Positions 1 through 8,796 of a stretch of DNA of 32,000 bases are shown here, piece by piece. Numbering within the stretch: position 1 is the first letter of the stretch; the number at the start of each line of letters is the position of its first letter. The position numbers and the translations under genes are program-made. Source of the stretch: Thermofilum pendens Hrk 5 (GTDB lineage Archaea > Thermoproteota > Thermoprotei > Thermofilales > Thermofilaceae); contig NC_008698.1 of NCBI RefSeq assembly GCF_000015225.1, forward strand, positions 930,001 to 962,000, in the 5' to 3' direction. The notes under the pieces are model-generated. The model did no database searches and was not told the DNA's origin. It worked only from the letters and a program-made list of their open reading frames with translations.

Positions 1-1
1 A

Positions 2-1495
2 GCATTATGTAAACAAATAAATTATGACAGTATTGTAACATCTACAGAGCCTGTACAGAAATTCATCCGAGAAACATTAGCGTTTAGAGGCATTGCTATG
101 ACATGGAACTGGGTAGAGGAGTTACCTGTAGCAGACGTTCTGGGTTCATATATAAGGTCGTTAAATTCCAGTGTTGGTAGCTTATCTTATCTTGTTTCTG
201 CTGTGTATGGTAGCCCTAGCAGGGTTAAGGTTTTGCTCGACGACGCTACAACTCTGGACATGCTTGTGGGCGAGAAGTTCGACCTGATAGTCACGGATCC
301 GCCTTACGCCGACGACGTGCCGTATACGGAGCTGAGCGACTTTTACTACGTGTGGCTCAAGAGAGCTTTAAGCGATGTCTCGGGCGGGAAGCTTATTCCC
401 AGATTTCTGCCGGAAGCCTTCTTTGACGAGTTCGGAGAGGAGATAAAGACTCAGTGGGAGACCTTTGCTACGAGAGAGGTCAGCGAGAATACTGAGCGTT
501 GGAAATACTTTAAGCTGAACATTTCCTTCAGTGAACTTCTGGCTAGGGCTTTTGCTAACGTTACAAGGTTCCTTGATGAAAAGGGTCTGCTGGTAACGTA
601 CTATGTTGCTAAGAAGCCGGAGGCTTGGGTAGCCTTGATAGATGCGCTCTGGCATATCAATGGTATGAGGGTTGTAGTTGCTTACCCCGTGGTTACGGAG
701 GCTGAAGAAAATGTGGTAGCAAGGGGAAGGGCGGCAGTGATGGGAGGCTATGTTATGGGATGGCGGAGGAGGGAGGTGGAGAAGCCCTTGGATCTCTCGA
801 GTGAGAAAGAGGCTGTTGTGACTACCGTCTCAGAGCGTCTAGGTAATTACTTAAAGGCCATAGATGTGAAGGAAGGTGCTACGGCGTGGGTTTATGCTTA
901 TCTTGCGGCTCTTAGCTATTTAACTTCTTTCTACCCCGTAAAGGATGGGGGCGTGGAGCTAGATGCTGAGGGTGTTGTTAGCCATGCGATGGCGTTGTCC
1001 TTTGAAGCTATGTTGAGGAAAGCTGGTGTAAACCTGCATGACCCGGCGGCGCTGGCATACCTTGCGCTGAGAGTTGTGGAGGATGAGAAGGGTAGGGTTG
1101 ACAGCGACGTGCTTTCTCGGGTGGCGTTAGGGCTTGGGATTAGAGACGTGGAGCTCGTTAAACTGGGGCTTGTCAGGGAGGTTCGGAGCGGAGGGCCTAA
1201 GGTGGCTAAGCGTAAGGTGTTCGAGGTTATGGCGCCCAGGAACGAGACGGTCGACGAGGTTAGGCGCGTGTTGTACCCGTTGCGGGGGAAAGCTCCTGTG
1301 CTGGAGTGTTTTAGGAATCTTCAGCTCTCGGTGCTAGCGAGAACCCAGGTATCCTGTGATCAGCGGGCTAGGGAGGAGGCGAAGGAGCTTGCAAAAGCTA
1401 TTGTAAGGCTTAGCGGGATGGGTCTTATTGACGAGGAGGATCCAGATGTTAGGCTTTCTAGGGCTGTGTTGGGTTTTGAGTGGTGGGAGCAATGA
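2..1495 (+). CDS. DUF1156-type N6-adenine DNA methyltransferase, C-terminal part (5' end runs off the window)
   Basis: Track ORF 98-1495. The same frame has no stop from nt 2 to the ATG at 98 (32 open codons in AT-rich sequence), so the gene probably starts upstream of the window. Motif IV 'LIVTDPPYADDVPYTELSDFYYVWLKR' (DPPY at nt 296-307) is the signature I associate with DUF1156/COG1743 methylases. No SAM-binding motif I is visible in-window, which fits truncation. Confidence 0.75.
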   Translation, partial: ALCKQINYDSIVTSTEPVQKFIRETLAFRGIAMTWNWVEELPVADVLGSYIRSLNSSVGSLSYLVSAVYGSPSRVKVLLDDATTLDMLVGEKFDLIVTDPPYADDVPYTELSDFYYVWLKRALSDVSGGKLIPRFLPEAFFDEFGEEIKTQWETFATREVSENTERWKYFKLNISFSELLARAFANVTRFLDEKGLLVTYYVAKKPEAWVALIDALWHINGMRVVVAYPVVTEAEENVVARGRAAVMGGYVMGWRRREVEKPLDLSSEKEAVVTTVSERLGNYLKAIDVKEGATAWVYAYLAALSYLTSFYPVKDGGVELDAEGVVSHAMALSFEAMLRKAGVNLHDPAALAYLALRVVEDEKGRVDSDVLSRVALGLGIRDVELVKLGLVREVRSGGPKVAKRKVFEVMAPRNETVDEVRRVLYPLRGKAPVLECFRNLQLSVLARTQVSCDQRAREEAKELAKAIVRLSGMGLIDEEDPDVRLSRAVLGFEWWEQ

Positions 1496-4400
1496 GTCTC
1501 GTGAATTTGCTTGCTGAGGGTAAGGTTAGCCCCGCGGTAGACATCTACGAGGTGTATAAGAGCCTCTTCAAGGGGGAAAAGCCTGAGAAGATCTACGAGC
1601 CTTACTGTGACCCCCGCTTGTTCTTCCAGCTGACGTTTGTGACGGACGGGTTTAAGCAGTACCTCGGCGATTTTCTCTCGAAGCTCGCGTCCGGAGAGTC
1701 TGAAGTGTACGTTATGCCGGCTCTTCTGGGGGCGGGTAAATCGCATTTCTTGGCTTTCGTACTGCATATACTCAGACTTTACAGGGATTGCAGGGGCGCT
1801 GGGGAGTGTGTCGAGAAAGCTTTGGAGGAGCTGGGAGTGAAGCTTAAAGTTCCCTCTCTCGAGAAGGTTCCCGAGGTTTTAGTGTTCCACGGGGAGCACA
1901 ACGTTGACCTTAAGCCGTTGGACTTTTCAAGCAAGGATACTCTTAAAGCCTCCTTGAAGCCCCCCGTGGTCTTGATATTCGACGAGACACAGCACTTCGA
2001 GGCAAAGATTCGTGACTTCCCGTTGCTCATGCAGATGCTCGCAGAGGCTGTCGAGGAGCGGAGGGGGGTCTTTCTCTTCGTGTCCTTCTCCCTATTCTCC
2101 GGTGAAAGACCGGATCTTGCGGCTCCCAAATCCTTGGATGCTGTGCGCCGTGTCCACTACGTGACCGTCTCGCTGGATGTAACGCGGAACATAGTCGAAG
2201 TATTCAGGAGGTGGGCAGGGCTTAGTGGCGCGAGAAGCGTGGAGCTAGCCGGGCTCAAGGGCATTGTAACCGATGAAAGGCTCAGGGAGTTTGAGAACAG
2301 GCTTCGAGGCTCCTACCCATTCAACCCGTACCTGCTGGATGCTGTTTTACAGCTTGCAGACGAGTCCCTAGTTGAGAAGACAAGGGTTCAGCTGACTAGA
2401 GGGCTTCTGAGGATACTGGCCTCTGCCTACGTTAACAGGAGAGGCGAATTAGTGATATTCGCAGATCTACCAGAGCCAAAAGAGGTAGTTATTGCCGGCG
2501 ATGTTTTTGCCGGGCAACTGAACGTCATCTTGAGGCTCTACGAGGACGACGCTAGGAAGGTTTCTGGAAGCATAGCTGCTCTTTCCGTGCTACGCCACAT
2601 TCTCCTTGCAACCTTCTTCGCCAGGCTTCTTCCACATCGTCGAATGTATCCAACCGAGGAGGAACTTATACTCGGTAGCTACGACCCGGCGAGGGTGAAG
2701 CCTCTTGACGTTAAGATGTTCCTCGAGGATGCCGCGAGGCAGGGCTTGCATATAGAGAAAGTCAACGGTCGCTACATGTACTGGTTCATCGGAGGCATAG
2801 AAGAGAAAGTCAGGGACGCCATGTACAGGTTCGGCGATGATGACGGACTTGAAGTGGCTACGGACGAGGTCGCAAGCCTTGCCAGGGAGAGGGCAGGACC
2901 TTTCTCGAGTGTAGTAATCGCGGGCGTCGGAGGTACTAAGGCTCTCGGCAAGGTTAAAGTCGTGTCGAGTAGGGACGAGTGGGAGAAAGAGCTAAAGGAT
3001 CAGGATAAGGCTATACTCGCTATAGACCTCCTTAACTTCGGAGTACCGGTTAAGCGGAATAATCTCATCGTTGTGAGAAGATACGATGAGGGAGAACCTC
3101 CGCAGACTACCTTAGAGCTGTTAAAAAGAGTAGGCGAGGGACCCAGAACTGTAAGGGAGGCTGTCGTGGATCTCGGACGCCTAGTAAAGGGGGTAGACGA
3201 GGTCTACGCGAACCTTATTGACTACTTCCCGGAACTTCTAGAGGAGGAGATGGAGGATATTCTTCGAAGGGAGTTGGAGCAACTTATTCGAGGAAGGCTT
3301 GAAAACCTGAAAAGCCGTGCAAAAGCGTACCTTAGGGAAAGCGTGGGGCTATGGTTGCGGCGTGGCGTTGTGGGCTTTAAAGACGTAGAGAAGCGCGGCT
3401 TCGACGAGTTGGTAGGAGAGCTTGTCAAAGATAAGAGAGACAGGCTTCGCGGAGTAGTCAAGGAGATATTCACGGGCGACCTTATAAACTGGGATAGCTT
3501 CAAGAAGGTTGGAGACCTTTGGAGCCTTTTCCTAAACAATGAATCATTCCCAGCGATTCCGGCGTCCTTCGAGGAGTTCCTAGAAGCACTGAGGGAGTAC
3601 TGCAAGGGTTGTAACTGTTTGTTCGAGGAGGATGGAGAGGTTAAGTGGCTCGGCGAGAATGGATGTGTCATGCCGGAGCTCGATAAAGACGTGGGTGTAG
3701 CGCCGTTCATGTACAAGAAGAGGGTTACAGAGTGGGCTGTCGAAGGTTTCTTGAAGCAATACGGGTCCTCGGCGAAAAGAAGGGTTTACATTGTGTATAG
3801 GAAGCCTAGCGGTCCGGAGGCTAGAGCGACCCCAGAGGAACTTTTGTCGAAGCAGAATGAATGGATTTACCTTGAGGGCGGGAGGCTTGAAATCGAAGAA
3901 GTCCAGAAAGGCATCTCGGTATCCGTGGATGGCGTGGAAACGGTGAGCGTGGAGAGGCCTAGAGGCGCCACAATACTGGTCGAGGTGGAGTCTTCCTATG
4001 ATTTGAAGAGCATCGAGTACACCTTGAATGGCGTGAAGAAAGTTTTCGACGTGAAGGGGAAGAGGCACGCCTTCAACGTGAAGGTTCCAGGAGAACCGGG
4101 TAGGTATGTTCTCAAAGTCAGAGCTGTTTTCGCCGACGATACCTTCGATGAGAGAGATGTGGCCATCATAGTGAGGGGGAAGTGTAAAAGAAAGATCACT
4201 GTCTTAAGCGTGAGCGTCGGAGAGGAAATAGTCGGGCTTAAAGCTGATACGGCTCAAGACGGGGAGATTCTTTTGAGGTACTTCAGGGATAGAGGGGTCC
4301 CGTTTAAGGCTACTGTATCCACTGAGTATAGCTATGGAGACGAGGAGATGATCGTTAACGTGAGGAAAAAGGTAAATAGTCCCGACGATGCAGACAAACT

Positions 4401-4551
4401 GCTCAAGATTCTTAAGGCAATTCAAGCGTTAACGCCTAACGCAGAGGTTACATTCGAGTTTATGGAGCCGCAGAAAGTGGACGAAGATATGGAGAAGAGG
4501 TTTAGGGGCCTTAAGGTTGTCTTTAGCGTAGAGCGGGAGGAGGAATGCTGA
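1492..4551 (+). CDS. large P-loop ATPase, DUF499/BrxC-like (~1019 aa)
   Basis: Track ORF 1480-4551 (GTG). The in-frame ATG at 1492 overlaps the methylase TGA as ATGA. Walker A 'PALLGAGKSHF' (GAGKS nt 1729-1743) and Walker B-like 'VVLIFDETQHF'. Size and position next to a DUF1156-type methylase fit the DUF499 family. Assignment rests on motif and context, not an HMM. Confidence 0.7.
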   Translation: MSLVNLLAEGKVSPAVDIYEVYKSLFKGEKPEKIYEPYCDPRLFFQLTFVTDGFKQYLGDFLSKLASGESEVYVMPALLGAGKSHFLAFVLHILRLYRDCRGAGECVEKALEELGVKLKVPSLEKVPEVLVFHGEHNVDLKPLDFSSKDTLKASLKPPVVLIFDETQHFEAKIRDFPLLMQMLAEAVEERRGVFLFVSFSLFSGERPDLAAPKSLDAVRRVHYVTVSLDVTRNIVEVFRRWAGLSGARSVELAGLKGIVTDERLREFENRLRGSYPFNPYLLDAVLQLADESLVEKTRVQLTRGLLRILASAYVNRRGELVIFADLPEPKEVVIAGDVFAGQLNVILRLYEDDARKVSGSIAALSVLRHILLATFFARLLPHRRMYPTEEELILGSYDPARVKPLDVKMFLEDAARQGLHIEKVNGRYMYWFIGGIEEKVRDAMYRFGDDDGLEVATDEVASLARERAGPFSSVVIAGVGGTKALGKVKVVSSRDEWEKELKDQDKAILAIDLLNFGVPVKRNNLIVVRRYDEGEPPQTTLELLKRVGEGPRTVREAVVDLGRLVKGVDEVYANLIDYFPELLEEEMEDILRRELEQLIRGRLENLKSRAKAYLRESVGLWLRRGVVGFKDVEKRGFDELVGELVKDKRDRLRGVVKEIFTGDLINWDSFKKVGDLWSLFLNNESFPAIPASFEEFLEALREYCKGCNCLFEEDGEVKWLGENGCVMPELDKDVGVAPFMYKKRVTEWAVEGFLKQYGSSAKRRVYIVYRKPSGPEARATPEELLSKQNEWIYLEGGRLEIEEVQKGISVSVDGVETVSVERPRGATILVEVESSYDLKSIEYTLNGVKKVFDVKGKRHAFNVKVPGEPGRYVLKVRAVFADDTFDERDVAIIVRGKCKRKITVLSVSVGEEIVGLKADTAQDGEILLRYFRDRGVPFKATVSTEYSYGDEEMIVNVRKKVNSPDDADKLLKILKAIQALTPNAEVTFEFMEPQKVDEDMEKRFRGLKVVFSVEREEEC

Positions 4552-4943
4552 TCCGAGCAATTAGAGGCGGGAGAGCTGTTAGGGTAAAGTGCGCAGAAGG
4601 TAGGTTCGAAGTTGGAGTGCCTTTCGAGGAGCTCTTCAGTTTTCTTGGCAGAATTTACCCCTGGGAGCTTGAAAGGCACATCGAGGTGGGAGATGGGGTG
4701 GCTGAGTTTAGGGAACGAATACCGTTTGAGAGGGCTCTCGCATACCTTTTGGCGCGTAGGGGCCGGCTTTCGCAGAAAGATGCCGAGCTAGTCGCCGCTG
4801 GTATTAGGCAACATGAGTTGTCGGCTATTGTGGACTCCTTTCTCTATAGGATGTGGCTCTGCAGGGTAGACGGTCGTAGCTGTAAGGAAGTGGTTGACGC
4901 TTTTTCCAAGATAGTTGCCGTGTACCGCAAGGTGCTCCCGTGA
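4545..4943 (+). CDS. small hypothetical protein (132 aa) between ATPase and helicase
   Basis: ATG 4545 overlaps the upstream stop (ATGCTGA, 4545-4551) and follows GGGAGGAGGA. Its TGA (4941-4943) overlaps the helicase start. No motif recognised. It sits where I recall DUF3780-like proteins in related operons (unverified). Confidence 0.6.
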   Translation: MLIRAIRGGRAVRVKCAEGRFEVGVPFEELFSFLGRIYPWELERHIEVGDGVAEFRERIPFERALAYLLARRGRLSQKDAELVAAGIRQHELSAIVDSFLYRMWLCRVDGRSCKEVVDAFSKIVAVYRKVLP

Positions 4944-7384
4944 TGGTATCCCTGATTGAGATACTGAGGTCTGCCGGCAAGGATCTCTACAAGCACCAGC
5001 TCGACTTTGTGTCTGATGCTCTGTGGTTTGACGAGCCCCGTATTCTCTTGGCTGACGACGTAGGGCTGGGTAAAACAATCCAGGCTCTCCTCTACATTAA
5101 GGCTCTCCTCGAGCTGGGGAGGGTGAACCATGTTCTAGTAATAGTGCCTCGTGCTGTCGTGGAGCAGTGGGCATCTGAGCTGGAGATGTTCGAGATACCA
5201 TTCTACATCGTGGAGTCGCCTGACTTCCCGCTGGGACACAGGGTCTACCTAGTCACCCTGGATAGAGCTAAGGTGGACAGCTACATGGAGGCTTTGGACA
5301 AGATAAACTGGGACTTGGTAGTTGTTGATGAGGCTCACAAGCTGAGGCTAGAGACGCTCAGGTCTAAGGTGGCTATTCTGTGTAGAAGGGCGAGGGGATG
5401 TCTTTTACTCACTGCTACTCCGCATACGGGCGACGAGAGTAGCTTCAAGTTCCTGATAGGACTCGCGAACAGCTATGTTGTACGGCGTGAAAAGAAGGAT
5501 GTGGAGGAGTATGAGGGGCGCAAGATATTCCCGTCTTTGGGGTACTGGATAGTGCAAGTGAAAGCAACGAAAGAGGAGAGTGACGCGCTTCATAAAGTGC
5601 TTAAATTCCTGGAAAACGATCAGATAGAGCAGATTGTGCGCGTAGTAGTGGAGAAGAGGGCGATGTCGAGCCCAACAGCGTTTTTCAAGACACTCGGAAA
5701 GGTTGTAGGAGGGTATTGCAGCGAAGAGTTACTGGAAGAGGGGGAGCTCGATGCCTGCATTGGTAACGTTGCCGGTGTAAAGAAGCTTGAGGAGCTCGCA
5801 AAGAAATATGCTAGCGCTGCCGACAGGAAGTTGGATGCTCTCGAAAAGTTGCTGAAGGATCACCTCAAGGGGAGAAAAGTACTTGTCTTCACAGAATATG
5901 CGACTACCGCCGAGTACCTATTTGAGAAGCTTGTTGAGAAGCTTGAGGGTTGTAAGATCGTAGATAGTGGGGAGGGCTACGCAAAGGCTGACTGTAGCGA
6001 GTTTGGAGTTATGTATGTTACAGCTAAGGCTAGGGACAGGATTGACGTAAGCAGGGAAGGCGCGCTCCTAGCGTCCGCGTATCCTACAGCTGTACTTATA
6101 TCCACGGACATAATGTCCGAGGGCGTAAACCTCCAGGCTTTCGATGTTGTTGTTAACTACGAGGTTGTATGGAGCCCGACAAAGCATGTGCAAAGGATAG
6201 GTAGAATCTGGAGGTTTGGACAGAAGGCAGAGAAAATACTAGTTATCGACATGGTTCTAAAGACTACTCTCTCGCAGGACGAATACAGCAACTATTTGAC
6301 TTTGTTGGAGAAATTGTACGAGATATCTCTCGCTGCCCTACCACCCCAGAGCTACGGCGAGTTCGAGATCTATGAGGTCGACCAAGAGCTCAGGAAGATA
6401 GTGGAGATAGGGTCTTCGGCTTATCTAGGAGAGGAGGAGGTCTACGAGGCTTTAAGGTCTGGTAGGCTGGAGGACCTGCGGAGCAGGATAAAGCGGATTC
6501 TCAAAGCTAAAGAGAACATGAGGTGGAAGAGCAGGAATGAGGTGGATGAGGGTTTACGCGTAAAGCTTGGCTACCCACCGGAGAAGAAGCCGGAGCCCGG
6601 GGGAGGATACTATGTTGCCAACGTTACTTTTGAGCGTAACGGAGTGAAGCTTTACTCCGAGCGTATACTCCTAAGGTTGCCAACACCGCTGAGTAGAAGT
6701 AGGTCGGTACAGGAGGGGGTCTTCAGAGAGCTGGAAGTTCCCTGGGATGCAGTAGTAGAGGATACTGGGTCGCTCAAGGAAGACGAGAGAGAGGAGGTTA
6801 ATCGTATGGTGTGGATCGAGGTATGGCATCCACTGCAGCAGTACCTTTCAAGAAACAACCTTCCCGAAGGTGGTATTAACGTAGAAGTAAAACGTGCAAG
6901 GGTAGAGTCTATAGGGGTTGCAGAGCTAATACCCGTTACCTTGAGCTTCGAGGAGCTTGTCGAGAGAGAAGTGAGGTACAGTAGGAACAGGGAGCGCACA
7001 GAAAGGGCTGCTGCTAGATGCATCAGGAGTTTACTCGAAAATCTGGGCTATACAATTGTGGAGGAATATGCGAGTATTCCTCGACCCTTCGACATGGTGG
7101 TGAAAAAGGACGGCATTCTTTACACGGTGGAAGTCAAAGGTAAATGGGTTGGGAAGCGTGATGAACCGTTATCCTTCACTGCGAATGAGATTGACTGGGC
7201 TTCGAGGTTCCCAGATAGGCACATTGTGTGCATAGCATACGTGGACAGAGATTACTGTGAAGACGTGGAGTGCTACTACTTCAATGAATTTCAGAAGAAA
7301 TGGGTTCTGGAAACTGTGAGAGGAATAGAGTACAAGTATAACGCTAGGAAAAAAAAGGGAGCCGACAAAACCGAACCTCAATAG
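4943..7384 (+). CDS. SNF2-family helicase with C-terminal PD-(D/E)xK (DUF3883-like) nuclease domain
   Basis: Motif I 'DDVGLGKTIQAL' (GLGKT nt 5063-5077), motif II 'VVVDEAHKL' (DEAH nt 5327-5338), 'LLLTATPHTGDE', 'ISTDIMSEGVNLQ', 'VQRIGRIWRFGQ'. C-terminus: 'PFDMVVKKDGILYTVEVKGK...LSFTANEIDWA' (D nt 7091-7093, EVK nt 7130-7138). Start is ATG 4943 (TGATG overlap) or GTG 4940. Confidence 0.85.
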   Translation: MVSLIEILRSAGKDLYKHQLDFVSDALWFDEPRILLADDVGLGKTIQALLYIKALLELGRVNHVLVIVPRAVVEQWASELEMFEIPFYIVESPDFPLGHRVYLVTLDRAKVDSYMEALDKINWDLVVVDEAHKLRLETLRSKVAILCRRARGCLLLTATPHTGDESSFKFLIGLANSYVVRREKKDVEEYEGRKIFPSLGYWIVQVKATKEESDALHKVLKFLENDQIEQIVRVVVEKRAMSSPTAFFKTLGKVVGGYCSEELLEEGELDACIGNVAGVKKLEELAKKYASAADRKLDALEKLLKDHLKGRKVLVFTEYATTAEYLFEKLVEKLEGCKIVDSGEGYAKADCSEFGVMYVTAKARDRIDVSREGALLASAYPTAVLISTDIMSEGVNLQAFDVVVNYEVVWSPTKHVQRIGRIWRFGQKAEKILVIDMVLKTTLSQDEYSNYLTLLEKLYEISLAALPPQSYGEFEIYEVDQELRKIVEIGSSAYLGEEEVYEALRSGRLEDLRSRIKRILKAKENMRWKSRNEVDEGLRVKLGYPPEKKPEPGGGYYVANVTFERNGVKLYSERILLRLPTPLSRSRSVQEGVFRELEVPWDAVVEDTGSLKEDEREEVNRMVWIEVWHPLQQYLSRNNLPEGGINVEVKRARVESIGVAELIPVTLSFEELVEREVRYSRNRERTERAAARCIRSLLENLGYTIVEEYASIPRPFDMVVKKDGILYTVEVKGKWVGKRDEPLSFTANEIDWASRFPDRHIVCIAYVDRDYCEDVECYYFNEFQKKWVLETVRGIEYKYNARKKKGADKTEPQ

Positions 7385-7443
7385 CTGGGAGGAAAAGGAG
7401 AGTATCGAAGAATTCATGCTTTCTTGTCTCAATGGAGCTGACG

Positions 7444-7450
7444 TATAATA
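7444..7450 (+). promoter_or_regulatory. TATA-like box (TATAATA) upstream of M48 protease gene
   Basis: A/T box 19-25 nt upstream of the GTG at 7469, spacing compatible with a leaderless archaeal transcript. Confidence 0.3.
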
Positions 7451-7468
7451 GAACCTAATTCATTTTCG

Positions 7469-8407
7469 GTGTACTCATCGAGGGTTTTTTATGGGACTAC
7501 ACCTTGGGTAATGTTGAGCATGGAGATGCTTGTGCTCGCAACGTCTGTGATGATGGTGTTTGCGACTACCTTTGCATATTTCGCGGCGATGCATGGAGGG
7601 TTTAAGCGCCTTGAGCATGTCTTAGTGTTTCGTATCCTTATTGTGTTGGGGCTTGTTGCGGCGTTACTTGTTTTCGTGCCTCACATGGTGTGGTACTGTG
7701 CGTTGGAAGCTTCCCGTATGCCAGTTGCCGCCGCTATAATCGCTCTTGTGTACTTCTCCTCTTCTCCTCTGATGGAGATTATAAGGCTACGCCGCGCGAA
7801 GAAGTTGGAGAAGCGGTATGTTGAGATCGGAGGGCGTGGTTACGAGTACTGGGTTGTGGATTCTGATGTGCTGAACGCATGCCGAAAGGGCAGGGAGATC
7901 TGTGTCACAAGGAAGCTTGCAGAAGTGTTCGAAGTTGACGAGCTGAAAGTCGTCCTCCTTCATGAGGAGGGGCATGATGGCATATTCGATAAGGTCGTGG
8001 TTGTAGGGAGGATTATTCTCCTTTCTTCTCTAATTATTCTTATCACGGATGCTTTTATGCTGGACGCGGAGATGTTTTTCTCTTCCCTCTCTGCGTACTT
8101 ATTGGCCATTCCTGCTGCTACCCTTGCTAGCTGGGTCAACGAGCATGTAGCTGATCTTAACGCGGCAAAGATGTTCCCTCCTGAGCTAGTTGTGAGAACC
8201 TTTGTGAAGTTTTGGGCATGCGCCGTATTACGCGATTTGTGCACCAGGGAGGTTGTGAATGTGGTTGTCTTTAAGAACATTCAGGAACCTACGTTCCGAA
8301 AAGTTTTGTGGGAGGTGGCTAGATCGATGTTGGATAGTTTGAGGGGAAATCTCTCTATACACCCTCCACCGAGGTTCAGAATATACGCTGTTCTTGTACG
8401 TACATGA
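7469..8407 (+). CDS. integral-membrane zinc metalloprotease, M48 (HtpX/Ste24-like) family
   Basis: Several hydrophobic segments. 'LKVVLLHEEGHD' holds the HExxH motif (nt 7961-7975). Downstream 'NEHVADLNAAK' matches the E-x-x-A-D third-ligand motif of M48 peptidases. GTG start at 7469; alternative ATG at 7511. Confidence 0.7.
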   Translation: MYSSRVFYGTTPWVMLSMEMLVLATSVMMVFATTFAYFAAMHGGFKRLEHVLVFRILIVLGLVAALLVFVPHMVWYCALEASRMPVAAAIIALVYFSSSPLMEIIRLRRAKKLEKRYVEIGGRGYEYWVVDSDVLNACRKGREICVTRKLAEVFEVDELKVVLLHEEGHDGIFDKVVVVGRIILLSSLIILITDAFMLDAEMFFSSLSAYLLAIPAATLASWVNEHVADLNAAKMFPPELVVRTFVKFWACAVLRDLCTREVVNVVVFKNIQEPTFRKVLWEVARSMLDSLRGNLSIHPPPRFRIYAVLVRT

Positions 8408-8590
8408 AAGGTTTGAAATTTTTCTTGCAGAGAAATTACTAGACGCGGGCTTAATTTTCTAAGAACAGCGACATCGCTGAAGGAGCTCGAGTTTCAAGCT
8501 AGGCCTGCCTCGGTGCTTCCTGTTCACTCTTCTTACCCGAGGCTCGTGGCGGAGGTTGCGCAGAAGGCGAGTGTGAGGGTTTTCAGGCAG

Positions 8591-8780
8591 GGGGTTTAGC
8601 CGCTGTGTGGGGGTGGTTGTTTTGCGGCGAGGTTTTGGGCTGGAATGTGTGGAGAAGCTTTCGGCGGTGTTAGGGGGATTTTGGCTGTGGGTTGTGTGTT
8701 CGAGGATTTTGGGGCGTAGGGCTGGGTTGCGGAGGTTGTTGAATTTTTGGGTTGTTGTGGCTTGTTGGCGTGTTGTTTTC
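8591..8780. repeat. strand-asymmetric G+T-rich tract with reiterated RRTTTTGG(G/C) motifs
   Basis: Hand count over 190 nt: G~86, T~72, C~17, A~15 (~83% G+T on the + strand). 'gaggttttgggctgg' (8629-8643), 'ggattttggctgtgg' (8677-8690), 'gaggattttggggcg' (8702-8716), 'gaatttttgggttg' (8741-8754). 'gcggaggttg' recurs at 8549-8558 and 8729-8738. Lies directly upstream of the ParA-like gene. Confidence 0.6.
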
Positions 8781-8786
8781 AAAAAG

Positions 8787-8796
8787 TTTTAAGTAT
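8787..8796 (+). promoter_or_regulatory. TATA-like box (TTTTAAGTAT) upstream of ParA-like gene
   Basis: A/T box 28-37 nt upstream of ATG 8824; GAGG lies 4 nt before the ATG. Confidence 0.3.

Noticed and set aside
8408-8560. tRNA or tRNA-fragment att site at the right edge of the low-GC block
   Set aside because: I found no T-loop (GGTTCRANYCC) or acceptor-stem pattern and no direct repeat. The left edge of the block is off-window, so att pairing cannot be tested.
8590-8730. G-quadruplex-forming sequence in the G+T tract
   Set aside because: Several G3-G5 runs exist (for example GGGGCGTAGGGCTGGG), but the spacing is irregular and four closely spaced G3+ runs are not clearly present. This cannot be supported without a G4 predictor or experiment.
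8459-8792. ORFs 8459-8782 (-) and 8607-8792 (+) inside the G+T-rich tract
   Set aside because: Their amino-acid compositions (Thr/Pro/Asn/Arg/His on one strand, Gly/Val/Leu/Trp/Arg on the other) simply mirror the nucleotide skew. Neither has a convincing start context. I treat the tract as non-coding, though a small hydrophobic peptide on the + strand cannot be excluded.
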